Source: Octopus vulgaris | Lineage: Eukaryota | Reading direction: 5' to 3' | Assembly (NCBI GenBank): GCA_951406725.2 | Contig: OX597819.1 | Span: 103,106,001 to 103,170,000 of the forward strand | DNA length: 64,000 nucleotides | Part shown: positions 43,171 to 56,032 of the stretch, piece by piece | Numbering within the stretch: the stretch's first letter is position 1 | Layout of the letters: the number at the start of each line of letters is the position of its first letter | Position numbers and translations under genes: made by a program | The notes under the pieces: generated by a model | Databases searched by the model: none | What the model saw: the letters and a program-made list of their open reading frames with translations, nothing else | What the model was told of the DNA's origin: nothing

Positions 43171-43385
43171 AAATAAGCAACAACGTATCAAGTAATGATG
43201 CAGTACGACCTTTCAAGCAGCTCTATTTAATTGAGCAATGCAATAATTATATCAATTTAAATGCAATACCATCATCAGCTCCACAAATATATATCTATAT
43301 TTTAAACCGGTTGGACACGTTAATATAAGTTTTGCCAAATGAAACGATTCTACTGCATCACTACTTGATATCCTGCTGCTTATTT
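43171..43385. repeat. Degenerate inverted repeat (~45-bp arms) containing a hammerhead-like motif
   Basis: AAATAAGCAACAACGTATCAAGTAATGATGCAGTA versus TACTGCATCACTACTTGATATCCTGCTGCTTATTT. Confidence 0.75.
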
Positions 43386-43387
43386 GG

Positions 43388-43453
<66 letters not shown>

Positions 43454-45394
43454 TGTGTGTGTGTGTATGTATGTATGTATGCATGTATGTATTTATGTAT
43501 GTATGTATGTATATGTATATATGCATATATATATCCATATACATATTGTCATACATGTATAAGTACAGGAGCGTATACATACTGTATATATATAATCTGA
43601 ACTATTTTAATTCTTTAAAAAAATGAGGAAAAGTATATTGATAAAAAATTATTCTTTTAATGACTGCTTATTGCCAAGAATGTAGAAGATATATCTCTAG
43701 ACATCTGATTAGTAACAGAATGTTGAAGCCAAATGTATGGGGACATCTGCGGAGATTTTCTCTCTTCGTTAGGTCCGTCCGTAAGTATCCTCTAATCACT
43801 CAAATATCGAAATTACTACAGATTAGCGATTGAAAACTAAATTTTACTCTCTCTTTTTTTCTATCAAAGTGGAATGCAATGCTCATGACTATTTAAAGTG
43901 TCCCTAAGAATAAGGGAGGGTACTATGAAAATGTTTTCTCACCGGGATTCTGTCCCGAGTACTTTCAAGGGAGCTGACTGCTTTAGCAGGTCCTAAGATA
44001 CAAAAGGTTGTGTGGATTATCACGACAGATTAAATCTACCACCCAAATAGGAAAAGGTAGTGTGGGGATTTATATTCAGAACTCGATTATCTAGGGTAAG
44101 ATATCTAGTTAAATATTCTTAGAGTACCGTCTTTCAACTTTCCCCGATTGGTACATTTATTATTAACCCCAAGAGGATAAAGGCTAAGCTTAACCTTGTG
44201 AATTAGAAGTAGTATTATCTCTAATATCTTATCAAGAATAAAAGGGAAAATCTTAAAGTATCAGTACTCCAAGACCTCCTTTCGTGATTGATCTTTTTGT
44301 AAATAGCATGATGCCCTGATCTGTGTGTGTATGGAATCTCAGATTAAAAGGTGCTAAACATACATACATTCTCTCAATACGTATCTGTTACGTATATTGT
44401 GTATGCATTGACTTGGGCGAAATTTGATAAAAAAACTCAGACTCAGAACAAAACTAACGAATCATTCTCTTCGACTAATATAGACTCTGAGTATGTTGTG
44501 TATTCTCTGCTGACCGAAACATTGTTGAAGATTTTACCAATCAGCTCGAAACGTTGTCGAAGACTTTACCATAGTTAAAAGAAGTTAGACACACATCGCA
44601 TATACACCGATATCGTTTCTTTCCTGTCTACAAAAATCCATTCTCAATACTTTGATCAGCCCAGGTCTACATTAAAAAATACTTGAGCAAAGTACGCCTT
44701 TGAGGGACTGTTATAATCCTTAAGATGTTGGATTGTTATAACGCCTACTTCGGTATACGGTATACTTATTCAAACCAATAAAGACAAGACTTCTCTGAAT
44801 GCTTACTACGTACTCTGGCACTTCACGTACTTCTCGTTACTTATAGTGACTAGGTTATTCCATTCGACACGTGGGAGTGGTGTACCATTTTTACTAATTC
44901 CCTACATCATCTCCCTTTTTAAATTTTTCCCTTAAAGTGTCATTTTATATAACAACTTTTTTTTTCAGCTCACCTCCCTTTTTTGAGAAATATATATATA
45001 TATAATTAGCGTAATATATGTGTATTTTGCGTATTTATATGTATATATGTATACGTATATGTGTGTGTGTGCGTGTATATATATACACATACGCACACGC
45101 ACACATACACATACGCTCACATTCACACATATATGCATGCAATCGCAAGAACACACATACACACAATCACAAGCAATCGCATGTATGGTAAACAGGCACC
45201 CACGCAAGCAAGAGGAAAATAAACACAAACAGAATGGTTTTGTGTATACACACGCACAAGCACACATACACACACATATACATAAAGGTATTTAGAAGGA
45301 AAAAAATGTTCACAAATGTACATATGTGTGTAAGAGACAGAGACAATATATGTACATATGCAAGTACAAACACACAAAGATATATGTGTCTGTG

Positions 45395-45447
<53 letters not shown>

Positions 45448-45732
45448 TGTACATATCCACTCGTAGTCAACACAAATAAAACGAAATACACGGACAAAGT
45501 AAACACATACGAACATAAGGAGAAAATGAACTACTATATAATGCAACCATATATAAATATATGTATCCGCACGCACACACACATATGTGTATATATATAT
45601 ACACACGTATATATACACATATATATATATATATAGACACACATATGTACAGTTAAATAGATAGATAGAGAGATACACATTTACCATATATATATAGACA
45701 TACATAGTATATACATATATACATATATATAC

Positions 45733-45785
<53 letters not shown>

Positions 45786-45912
45786 CATATATATATGCAT
45801 ATTTACACACTCGTACACATATACACCTAAGCACATCGTCATCATCATTTCACTATGGAAATGTCCAGAGTAATTTACATGCATACATACATGTATATAT
45901 ATATGGAATGTG

Positions 45913-45988
<76 letters not shown>

Positions 45989-46358
45989 CACACGCAGTTC
46001 TCTGCAAAGATATATATTTTCAAATGTACACACCTCCATACACACAGACACACGCACTCACACACTCACACAGAGTGGGAGAGAGAGAAGGGGGAGAGAC
46101 AGAGAGATAAGCTATATGAGAGGTTTTTCGTTATAGTTAAGTTGTTGTTTACATAAATGTTAATGGCTTGTGTGAGTTGTTGAAAAGTCGTAAATGTAGA
46201 CTGAAATTTCGGCAGAATACACACAGCAGCTGGTTACATATATACATATATATATATTTATATATGTGTGTGTGTACATGTGTGTGAGTGTGTGTGTGTT
46301 TGCATGTGTGTGTATACACACACACACACACATATGTACATATATGTATATGTACATA

Positions 46359-46425
<67 letters not shown>

Positions 46426-46486
46426 GTATGTGTGTATGTATGTGTGCATGTATGCACACACTCACACAAACATTTCTATGTATATA

Positions 46487-46647
46487 GGCGCAGGAGTGGC
46501 TGTGTAGTAAGTAGCTTGCTTACCAACAACATGGTTTCGAGTTCAGTCCCACTGCGTACCACCTTGGGCGAGTGTTTTCTAATATAGCTTTGGGCCGACC
46601 AAACCCTTGTGAGTTGATTTGGTAGACGGAAACTGAAAGAAGCCCAT

Positions 46648-46716
<69 letters not shown>

Positions 46717-46940
46717 GTATATATATGTATATTTGTATATATTCGTGTCTTTGTTTGCCCCCACACAATTGCTTGACGACCGATGTTGTTTTGTTCACGT
46801 CTTAGCGGTTTAGCAAAAGAGACTGATAGAATAAGTATAGGCTTACAAACAATAAGTCCTGGGGTAGATTTGATCAAGTAAATGAGGTGCGCCAGCATGC
46901 CCACAGTCAAATGCCTGATACAAATAAAAGAACAAAAGAA
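46487..46940 (+). mobile_element. Family B SINE, full length
   Basis: GGCGCAGGAGTGGCTGTGTAGTAAG..(TA)n..CAGTCAAATG. Confidence 0.9.
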
Positions 46941-48229
46941 TGTATATATGTGTATATATAGAGAGACATATACATATATAAATGCATAATACATATATAC
47001 ATGTATATATACATATATGCGCGCGCGCGTAGGTGTGTGCATTTGTGTATATATAGGTGAAGTTATGCATTTATGCACGTATGTGTGTGCAATTATGTGT
47101 GTATCTCTTTGTGCGTAAATTCATATTTGCATATGCGTAAACGGATGGGCGAATACTTCCGTGTGTGTGCGTGTGCGTGTGGTCGTGTACGTAAGGTGCG
47201 TCTGTGTGTGTGCATTTGAGTGTGTGCGAATGCGTGAGCGTATGTGTGTTTACTGTATGATTCTCTCTGTGGTTTGTATACTTTGTCTATATTCTCGGTT
47301 AAAGACAATTCCAAACAACATTTCCTCTGAGATTTTGCAATTGTTTCGTGAGTAATCTTGTCAAATCTGTCTTTGTACAATACTATAATGAAATCTTGTG
47401 GTCTTTATTCCATTAGTTTTCACAGAAAAATAAACCACAATCTCTATATTTCGGGACGGTGATTGTTTTTTCTTTTATACTTTTTTGCCAAATAAACACT
47501 CGCACTATATATTTGTTCTCCACTCTTATATTACTGTTCTTATTTTATCGTATGTGCATTGTCAGAATGGATAAAGCGGAGCAGAAAGACACGTGTGGAC
47601 GGAAAGTGTCGTTGAAGAGGTCACAGATGTGTGACGAAAGATTTCTGGACAATAGATATCAGATAAAATATCGGTAATAAACAGGTGAAGAATGAATATA
47701 TACTGCGTGTGTTTATTTGGAAAAGAAAAAAAGAAGAAAAACTACAATTTCATTTAACCCAATAGACACAACTCGCTTACAGGTACTCCGTTTAAAAATC
47801 ATGATTTAGACTCGGCTCTAACCAAATCAAGATCTGCAGAGTGAATAACTAACATGTTTAATTGGTATAATTAACTGTAAAGTTATAAATTAGCCTTAAT
47901 TCCTGTAGTATAGCAAATACACATTTCTCAAACGATTTTTCGCCGATTTTTTACTAGGGTATTCGTGCACGTACTTCGGCAAACACACACACATACACAC
48001 ACATACACGCACAAGCCACACACACATACACTTTGTCTCCCCCTCTCTCTGTTTCTCTGTCTCTCATTCTCTCTTTTCTTCTCTCTTTCTCCCTCTCTCT
48101 CTCTCTCTTTCACCCACTCACACGTGCCCAGACAAAGAGAAACAAACATACTAATGACTTAGGCAGAATACTAGAAATGTATGATGTGGGACTTGGAATC
48201 GAGATGGTGTAACACTTATAGTTCGTCTG

Positions 48230-48587
48230 TATTCTTTTATTCTTTTGTTTCAGTCATCTGATTGCGGCCATGCTGGAACACCGCCTTTAGTCGAACAAAT
48301 CCAACCCACGACTTCTTCTTTGTAAGCCCAGTACTTATTTTATGGGTCTCTGTTGCTGTATCACTAGGTTACTGGCACGTAAACTCACCAACATCGGTTG
48401 TCAATCGATGGTAGGAGGACAAATACAGACACACAAACACACACATACACACACAGACATACTTCTTTCTGTTTCCGTCAACAAATCCACTCACAAGGCC
48501 CGCAGTTATAGTAGAAGACATTTGGCCAAGGTGCCACACAGTGGGACTGAACCCAAGCTACTTAACACACAGCCACTTCTGCACCTA
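48230..48587 (-). mobile_element. Family B SINE
   Basis: Full-length match with small internal deletions. Confidence 0.85.
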
Positions 48588-48588
48588 T

Positions 48589-48685
48589 AAAAAATGTGTA
48601 GCGCTTCGGGAATTTGCGTGTCATCCTTGCGCAGGGGCCATACTAATCTTCTTTGCATCGTTCCAGTGTATTTACATTTGTGACA
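48589..48685 (-). pseudogene. U6: U6 snRNA pseudogene or retrocopy
   Basis: Minus strand reads TGGAACGATGCAAAGAAGATTAGTATGGCCCCTGCGCAAGGATGACACGCAAATTCCCGAAGCGCTACACATTTTTT. The ACAGAGA box and AGC triad are mutated and the 5' stem is diverged. Confidence 0.9.
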
Positions 48686-48766
48686 TACATTGGCTTTCAA
48701 ACCTTATTGGTGCCCAAACATGCACACCCAATAATACTGTGCATTGTGAAATTCAATAACACACAT

Positions 48767-49135
48767 AGGCGTAGGAGTGGCTGTGTGGTAAGTAGCTTGC
48801 TTACGAACCACATGGTTCCGGGTTCAGTCCCACTGCGTGGCACCTTGGGCAACTGTATTCTACTATAGCCTCGGGTCGACCAAAGCTTTGTGATTGGATT
48901 TGGTAGACGGACCTGAAAGAAGCCCGTCGTATATATGTATATGTATATATATGTCTGTTTGTGTTTGTCCCCCCTCCCCAACATCGCTTGACCACCGATG
49001 CTGTTGTTTACATACCCGTAATTTAGCGGTTCGGCAAAAGCGACCGATAGAATAAGTCCTGGGGTCGATTTGCTCGATTAAAGGCGGTGCTTCAGCATGG
49101 CCACAGTCAAATGACTGAAACAAAAAAAAGAGTAA
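48767..49135 (+). mobile_element. Family B SINE, full length
   Basis: GGCGTAGGAGTGGCTGTGTGGTAAG..GGGTTCAGTCCC..CAGTCAAATGACTGAAAC. Confidence 0.9.
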
Positions 49136-49176
49136 AGTAGTACACACCCATGCATACTTGGTATTCTACCGGTGGT

Positions 49177-49470
49177 GGAGGTGCATGGTCCTGTGGTTAT
49201 TGTGCTACACTTACGATCGAGGAATCATGGTTTCAGTTCCTAGACTAGGTGGTACGTTGTGTTTTTGAGCAAAACATTTCATGACATGTTGCTCTGCGAT
49301 CATTTGAACACCTGAAGCATGGTATACCGTGCACTTATGCAAACAACATCGATTTGATGGGGGAAGTGAGCTAATGTACAGCACATACGTTTGATCAATA
49401 TAACAAGTCATCTGAATTTGTGCGCGTTGTGCAACAAAAAACTGCGAAACCGCCGCCTTCTGACTACGAA
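49177..49470 (+). mobile_element. Old tRNA-derived SINE (family C-related head)
   Basis: GCATGGTCCTGTGGTTA..GGTTTCAGTTCC..GTTGTGTTTTTGAGCAAAACA. Confidence 0.55.
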
Positions 49471-49933
49471 AGGCTACCATCAGCCAAATCTACCAGCTGC
49501 TATGTAATCTGATACAAAATGTTTCAATGCTTAGTGGCCAGCGATTAAACTGTCGTTCTCATTTTAATGTTTAGTAGAATATATGGAGCCCAGCTCTATG
49601 AACTTTAGCCTGTAAGAAAGTAGGACTTCTCCCTGCGAAACCAACAACCAAATATATACGTACATAATGAAAAGCATGCACACAAACACATTCACACACA
49701 CACTCATACATATATGTTTACATATATGCACATATGCCTAAGTATATATGTGTATATACATATCCAAAGTATGGGGGTTTAGTTTACAGGTACGTTACGT
49801 ACGCTAGTTAAGTGCTGTAAAGGATTACTAGGGCTCCAAGGTTATAACCGAGACGGTTGTTATGGAACCATTGTAGATTTCCGATATAGCGAATTCAAGT
49901 CATATACGCTATTACTATTGGAAAACATTCAAA

Positions 49934-49989
49934 GTCTTACAGCTGTTTTTGCGATATCTCAGAGTATGGGATATTCCGTCATCGGAAAC
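49934..49989 (-). ncRNA. Degenerate minimal type-I hammerhead-ribozyme-like motif
   Basis: GTTT-CCGATGA-C-GGAATATC..GATATCGC-AAAAA-CAGCTG-TA-AGAC. Confidence 0.45.
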
Positions 49990-50247
49990 AAATAGGGAAA
50001 ATAAGGGTATAGATTAATAAAATGAAGACACAGAAGATACGAGAAAAGGAATAAGGAGATGGCGAAATAGAAGAAAAAGAAGTATAAAAGTTCACAATTC
50101 AACTTTCCGATTATGTAGAAGTAAGTCCGTAAGTCATTAAGTGCAATCCTGTGTAAATCCATGTAGGTTAAAATCCTAATAGTGTATATGACTTGAGACG
50201 TTTGTCTTGCCTTAACGTTTGTTGCCCTCTTTAACAATTATATATAT

Positions 50248-50292
<45 letters not shown>

Positions 50293-50624
50293 CATGGAAA
50301 AAAGTCAAGGTAGAAAATGCTGTTATACTTTTATAAAAAGCATTTCAGTACCGGTTTCAGTCATTGAGACCTTTTCAACAGTAAGTATGGAAAACAATTA
50401 AATGTTGGAAAAATTAAAAGAAAGTTTTTAAAAGAAGATTTGTATAGTGTTCAAATACAAGAGGCATTTTCCTTATTTCTGCCTGGTTCTGTGTCTCTTG
50501 TTTACTTTTGTAGGTTAATTGTTTTCCATACTTATAGTTGAAAAAGTCTCAATCATTGAAACCGGTATTGAAATGTTTTTTATAAAATAATTTTAGCATT
50601 TTCTACCTTGACTCTTTTTCTATA
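50293..50624. repeat. Inverted repeat (~110-bp arms, ~113-nt spacer) with a hammerhead-like motif in each arm
   Basis: Arms 50293-50401 and 50515-50624 are reverse complements with scattered mismatches, flanked by (TA)n. Confidence 0.9.
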
Positions 50625-50657
50625 TTTATCAAATCCTGTGTTTCTTTTCAACCTTCT

Positions 50658-50739
<82 letters not shown>

Positions 50740-51718
50740 TTACATACATACTTACAAATACATACACGTATATAATGTGAGAATGAAAGAAATAACATAT
50801 GCGTAAGATGCTCAATAATAAGCGATACGATAAGATAGAGTATAATGCATATATACACACACGCAAAAAGGCGCACGTAGATGCGTACATACGTGTAAAT
50901 ACGTACATATATGAACATACATAGAGAGAGAGAGAGAAAGTGAGAGAGAGAGATGGAAAAGAGAAAGAGGTGAGAAATGTAAAGGCACCGAGTTATGGGT
51001 AAGGCGACGATGTTCGAGTAGGAGGAGTGGAAGGTGTGTTGGTTTTGGGGATGGCGAAATATAAAAAAAAAGGGAAAAAAAAGGGAAATTACCCAAATCT
51101 TAATTGACATTCTGAGATGAAAAATTATTCCGTAAAAATGATGGTGAAGTAAATTAGGTTGTGCAAGCGAATCTTGTGCATCCATACCGGTTCTTCATCA
51201 TTCTGCGTTCCCCCACTCTACCTGTCAGTCCCACCCTGCTATTATGAGGTGGAGTAGGGCTACGTTAAGGTTTATAAATTTTCTGAAGATTTTGGCACAT
51301 ATGTCAGACAACCAATGCACATTACATCCCTCGATTGGCACACATACACACACACATACACACACACATACACACACACGCACACACATACTCACACACA
51401 TACACACTCATATCCATTCTAATAGAGCAACACACTTGCACATGCATTCAAACTCACACACACAAACTTAAACATACAAACTCGTTCGTTTTACGAACAT
51501 GCTCGTAGATACGTGCGTGCCTCATAAATTGAAAACTTGGATGGATGTGCACACACACACACACCCACACACACACACACACACATGTATACAAACATAC
51601 ACACATATATACACATACATACACGCACATATACATAGATACATTCGTCAGTATCTCTTTCTGTCTCTGTCTCTCTGTCTTTCTCTCTCTCTCATTCTCT
51701 GAATGTATGCATATATAA

Positions 51719-51781
<63 letters not shown>

Positions 51782-52184
51782 CACAGATACACACACACAT
51801 ACATATATATATATATATGTACGCATGTACGTATGTATATATGTATATCATATATGTATATACACACACAGCTACACGCATATATTTCTATACCCGCTCA
51901 CATACATGTACGGGTCAGCGTACACATATATGCCCACGTACACACATTGTAGTTTCGTAAGTGCAATTTACGTAACTTTGCAGACAAACACGAATTATAT
52001 ATATGCAACTATATACTGAGTTCCATTCCTCCTCTAGTTTTCAACACTCCTATACTACATAGATATATATGTGTGTATGTTTGTATGCGCGTATATATGT
52101 ACGTGTTTGCGTGTGTATATATATATACACACACACACACAAATATATATACATATATCAATATGCATTTTATATATATTTATA

Positions 52185-52305
52185 TCACCGTGATCACCGT
52201 AACCGACCAGGCTATCAGATGTTGCTACACATCGCTGGACACAATGCGCTTCGCATTGTTTTAGCCGTCAAATGACGCGTCCCAGCTGACTAAGCGAGCA
52301 GGCCA
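52185..52305. repeat. Unclassified interspersed repeat fragment, possibly a retroelement 3' end
   Basis: Short tandem ATCACCGTG/ATCACCGTA at one end. Partial homolog at about 62322-62372. Confidence 0.35.
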
Positions 52306-52311
52306 ATATAT

Positions 52312-52357
<46 letters not shown>

Positions 52358-52839
52358 AAGACGATGTTGTGAAGTTATTGTTCTTAGATCTAACGGCAAG
52401 AAACGAGGGGGTTCTTTGGCGTAAATTGTAGCATACTTATCGCACGTATATAGTTTCGTGGGTTCAACCTACACACTTGAGGAAACCCTTCTTTTGTTTC
52501 TGTAGAGGCTTATATATCACAATATTGGACTATTAATACACGCTGATTACTTATACGCTTTAAGCTCATTAAATATTACTATTATTTACAGAATTTTTAT
52601 TCATCAGCCCTACCCAAATCATTGTAAAAAACGCACAAGATTATATAGTATTATAAATAGAAATAAATTACAGTATATACATCTATATTATATAAATTTT
52701 TGTATAATATATTATGCATTATATATAATAAATACTTTTGATAGGTATTATATGTATTGTATACATTCATTTTATACACAGACACACGAACATATAAACA
52801 CACATACATACATACATATATATATACATATATATATAT

Positions 52840-53003
52840 ATACGACGGGCTTCTTTCAATTTCCGTCTACCAAATCCACTCACACGGTTTTGGTCGACCC
52901 GAGGCTATAGTAGAAAACACTTGCCCAAGGTGTCAGTGGGACTGAACCCGGAACCATGTGGGTCGTAAGCAAGCTACTTACCATACAGCCACCCCTACGC
53001 CTA
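52840..53003 (-). mobile_element. Family B SINE 5' half
   Basis: Head and core match. Confidence 0.85.
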
Positions 53004-53599
53004 TGTGTAGATGGCGCATATATATGTATATATGTGAGACTTTGATAAACACAGATGTATTTGCATGTGTTTTTTTTGTTTTTTATTTCTATTTTTCTAG
53101 CTTTATACAGAAGCTCAAAGTTATACAAAATGAACAAGCATAAATATGCACCATGATTTTCGGTTATATCCATCGAGGAATTCACAGATAAACATACATT
53201 CACTCACACTTAAACGTAAACGGGATTGGATCCTTGTTTAAAAAAAGCTGTAAGTGGTAAAAAAAACCTGCATTGCAGTATTTTGTTTCTTTACGTTCTG
53301 ACCACGAAATATATTTGTGTGAATATGTGCTTCTTGTTAATGTATATAATACGCTATATGTTTTGCTATATATATATGCGTATTTTGTCTCTAACACTTG
53401 AGCGTTCGAAGTTGTTGAATTTGTTTCTCTGTATAAGATGATAATTCTAAATTATTCGACTCACTTGGAGCCGTTCTGTTTATGCATTATATTTGTCTCA
53501 TAATACTTAATGAAACCGTTGGATTATTTCTCAATTTACCAACAGCGTTCTTTTTCTTACAGCAACAGCATCTCTGTTTATATTCGGAAATTCATTCTG

Positions 53600-53994
53600 C
53601 TTTCTTAATGTTTAATTAATGTTTTGATTTTTTCAGAAATTTTGACGATTTGTTCATCACTATTGCAGCCCGAACAATTCTCTTGAGGTAAGTTGCTGCC
53701 ATACTTTAGAACAAAAGAAAGAAAATTTCTTAGCGTTTGATTTGATAGTTTTTTTTTTTTCCACTCAAACCAATAAAAATCTTTTTCTATATACTTTCAA
53801 GTAAGGTTTCCACTAATTGTAGTTTTGTTTATATTTTGTATTCGGAAATTCAGGCTGATGTCTTCATTGTGTCATAATGTAATAATGTTCATAAATTTAG
53901 ATTTCCCGGCATTGCAGCAGTTATAAGAATTTGCGATACTACTTTAGCGTGCGGTGTACCGCAGTATCTATAGTCTACGCTGTGAAATACACTG
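53600..53994 (-). mobile_element. Possible decayed hAT transposon relic
   Basis: Minus strand starts CAGTGTATTTCA..TGCGGTACACCGC (hAT-like terminus). It translates YWVEWKKK..SMAATYL..ELF..IVMNKS, resembling the hAT dimerisation motif STYLCE.LFS. Confidence 0.3.
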
Positions 53995-54339
53995 ATCTGG
54001 ATAGGCTCAGGAAATTCCAGATTGAAAATTCAGAATAGCAAGGTGCGTTAATGTCACCTCATATCTGCACAAGAAATGTTGTTCTTCATGAACTTTTCCA
54101 GTAAATTGTACCTGTACAGAATTTTGGGAGTGATAACTACAATCTTCAAATTCTCCTGTTAGTTTGACAATTTAAATTACTTCCTCTTCCTCTAATTATC
54201 AACTTATATTGAGAAACCTTCTCAACAATAACTCTGTAATTATTGACGGATCGGGTACCTGAGCATACTGTCAGAACATCCATAAAAAAGAATTTATCGA
54301 CGGTAGCGTTGGTATATCAGAATATAGCCATTTTATAAA

Positions 54340-54590
54340 GCGACGAGCTGGCGGAAACGTTAGCACGCCGGGCGAAATGCTCAACGGTATTTCGTCTGCC
54401 GTTACGTTTTGAGTTCAAATACCGCCGAGGTCGACTTTGCCTTTCATCATTTCGGGGTCGATTAAATAAGAACCAGTTACGCACTGGGGTCGATATAATC
54501 GACTTAATCCGTTTGTCTGCCCTCGTTTGTCCACTCTGTGTTTAGCCCCTTGTGGGTAGTAAAGAAATAGGTATTTTGTCTGTCTTTACG
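54340..54590 (+). mobile_element. Family A SINE with the start of a second unit
   Basis: Full monomer, then the junction AAAGAAATAG|GTATTTTGTCTG. Confidence 0.9.
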
Positions 54591-54614
54591 TATCTTTACT
54601 GATATGTGTGAGCA

Positions 54615-54826
54615 TTTACTTTTTTGCTTGTTTCAGTCATTTGACTGCGGCCATGCTGGATCACCACCTTTAGTCGATCACATCGACCCCAGGACTTATT
54701 CTCTGTAAGCCTAGTACTTATTCTATCGGCCTCTTTCTGCCGAACCGCTAAGTTACGGGGACGTAAACACACCAACATCAGTTGTCAAGCGATGTTGGGG
54801 GAGGGAGGACAAACACAGACACATAA

Positions 54827-54923
<97 letters not shown>

Positions 54924-55087
54924 ACGGGATTCTTTCAGTTTCCGTCTACCAAATCCACTTACAAGTCGTTGGTCGGCCTGAGGCTATAGTAGAAGACAGT
55001 TGTCCAAAGTGCCACGCAGTGGGACTGAAACCCGGAACCATGTAGTTCGTAAGCAAGCTACTTACCACACAGCCACTCCTACGCCTA
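54615..55087 (-). mobile_element. Family B SINE, full length
   Basis: Full match with internal (TA)n/(TG)n. Confidence 0.9.
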
Positions 55088-56001
55088 TGCTTCGCTTTTT
55101 CAAGTAACTATTTAGTAACTTATTTTACCAAATAACTGATATGCTAGAACCTCTCAACACGTAACTGTGTCACTTTCAATGATTTCCCGGCAACTCTCTA
55201 TTTCGTCCTTGCATCTGGTATGCAATAAGTATTTGCCATGAAATATAGAAGGCCAACCACAATTTGTGCGTGGGTCAATATGTTAGTGTGTTTGTGAGTA
55301 TATACAGGCGCCTGTTTGAACAAGTAAAATCTGTATGCATGCGTGTGTGAGTGGATAGACTGAGGAGCTGAGGGGATGACAGTTATTAGATAGCTATATA
55401 TCTGGTGCTCATAAATACTCAGTATATAAATAAATAAAAATAAATAACAACAGATGGCATAGGAATGGAAAACAATCTAATGCCTGTTATTTATTTAGTT
55501 AAGGCAACAGCGAAAAGAAAACAAACTGTAGTAACTACAAACTTACCTCACACACACACAAACATGCATACGCAGATATGCTTAGACGTCACTCGCAAAC
55601 GAGTAGGATCTGATGGTTTGTATCACGCGTTTGCTAATTGTTTTAGGGAACTATCTAAGTCGTCACGAGTTGCCATAAATACTGCCTCAGTGGATAATCT
55701 CAGGCATAATGGATGATGTGATTGACTGAGGAAGAATGAGCTGTACCAGTAGCCGACTGGTAATTGTTTTCAATTCTGAAGTATGGAGCAAAAAAGAAGT
55801 AATATGCATCGCTCAAGGACAGAACGTGCCCGGTGCAGGAATTGAACTCAGGAAACTTTGATGATGTGACCAACACCGCTAAAACTAGGACCATGTACAC
55901 ATGTTACATGACATTATATATAAATGCAAACGGGTAATATATGATTACATATAAACACACACACACTCACCCCTACAAGTAAATGTATGTATATATGTTT
56001 A

Positions 56002-56032
<31 letters not shown>

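Noticed and set aside
47567-47672. Purine-rich exon-like segment after TTGTCAG
   Set aside because: Weak donor and no recognisable product.
47965-47995. GTGCACGTACTTCGGCAAACACA resembles the U6 5' end
   Set aside because: Short match, on the opposite strand to the U6 copy, and running into a (CA)n tract.
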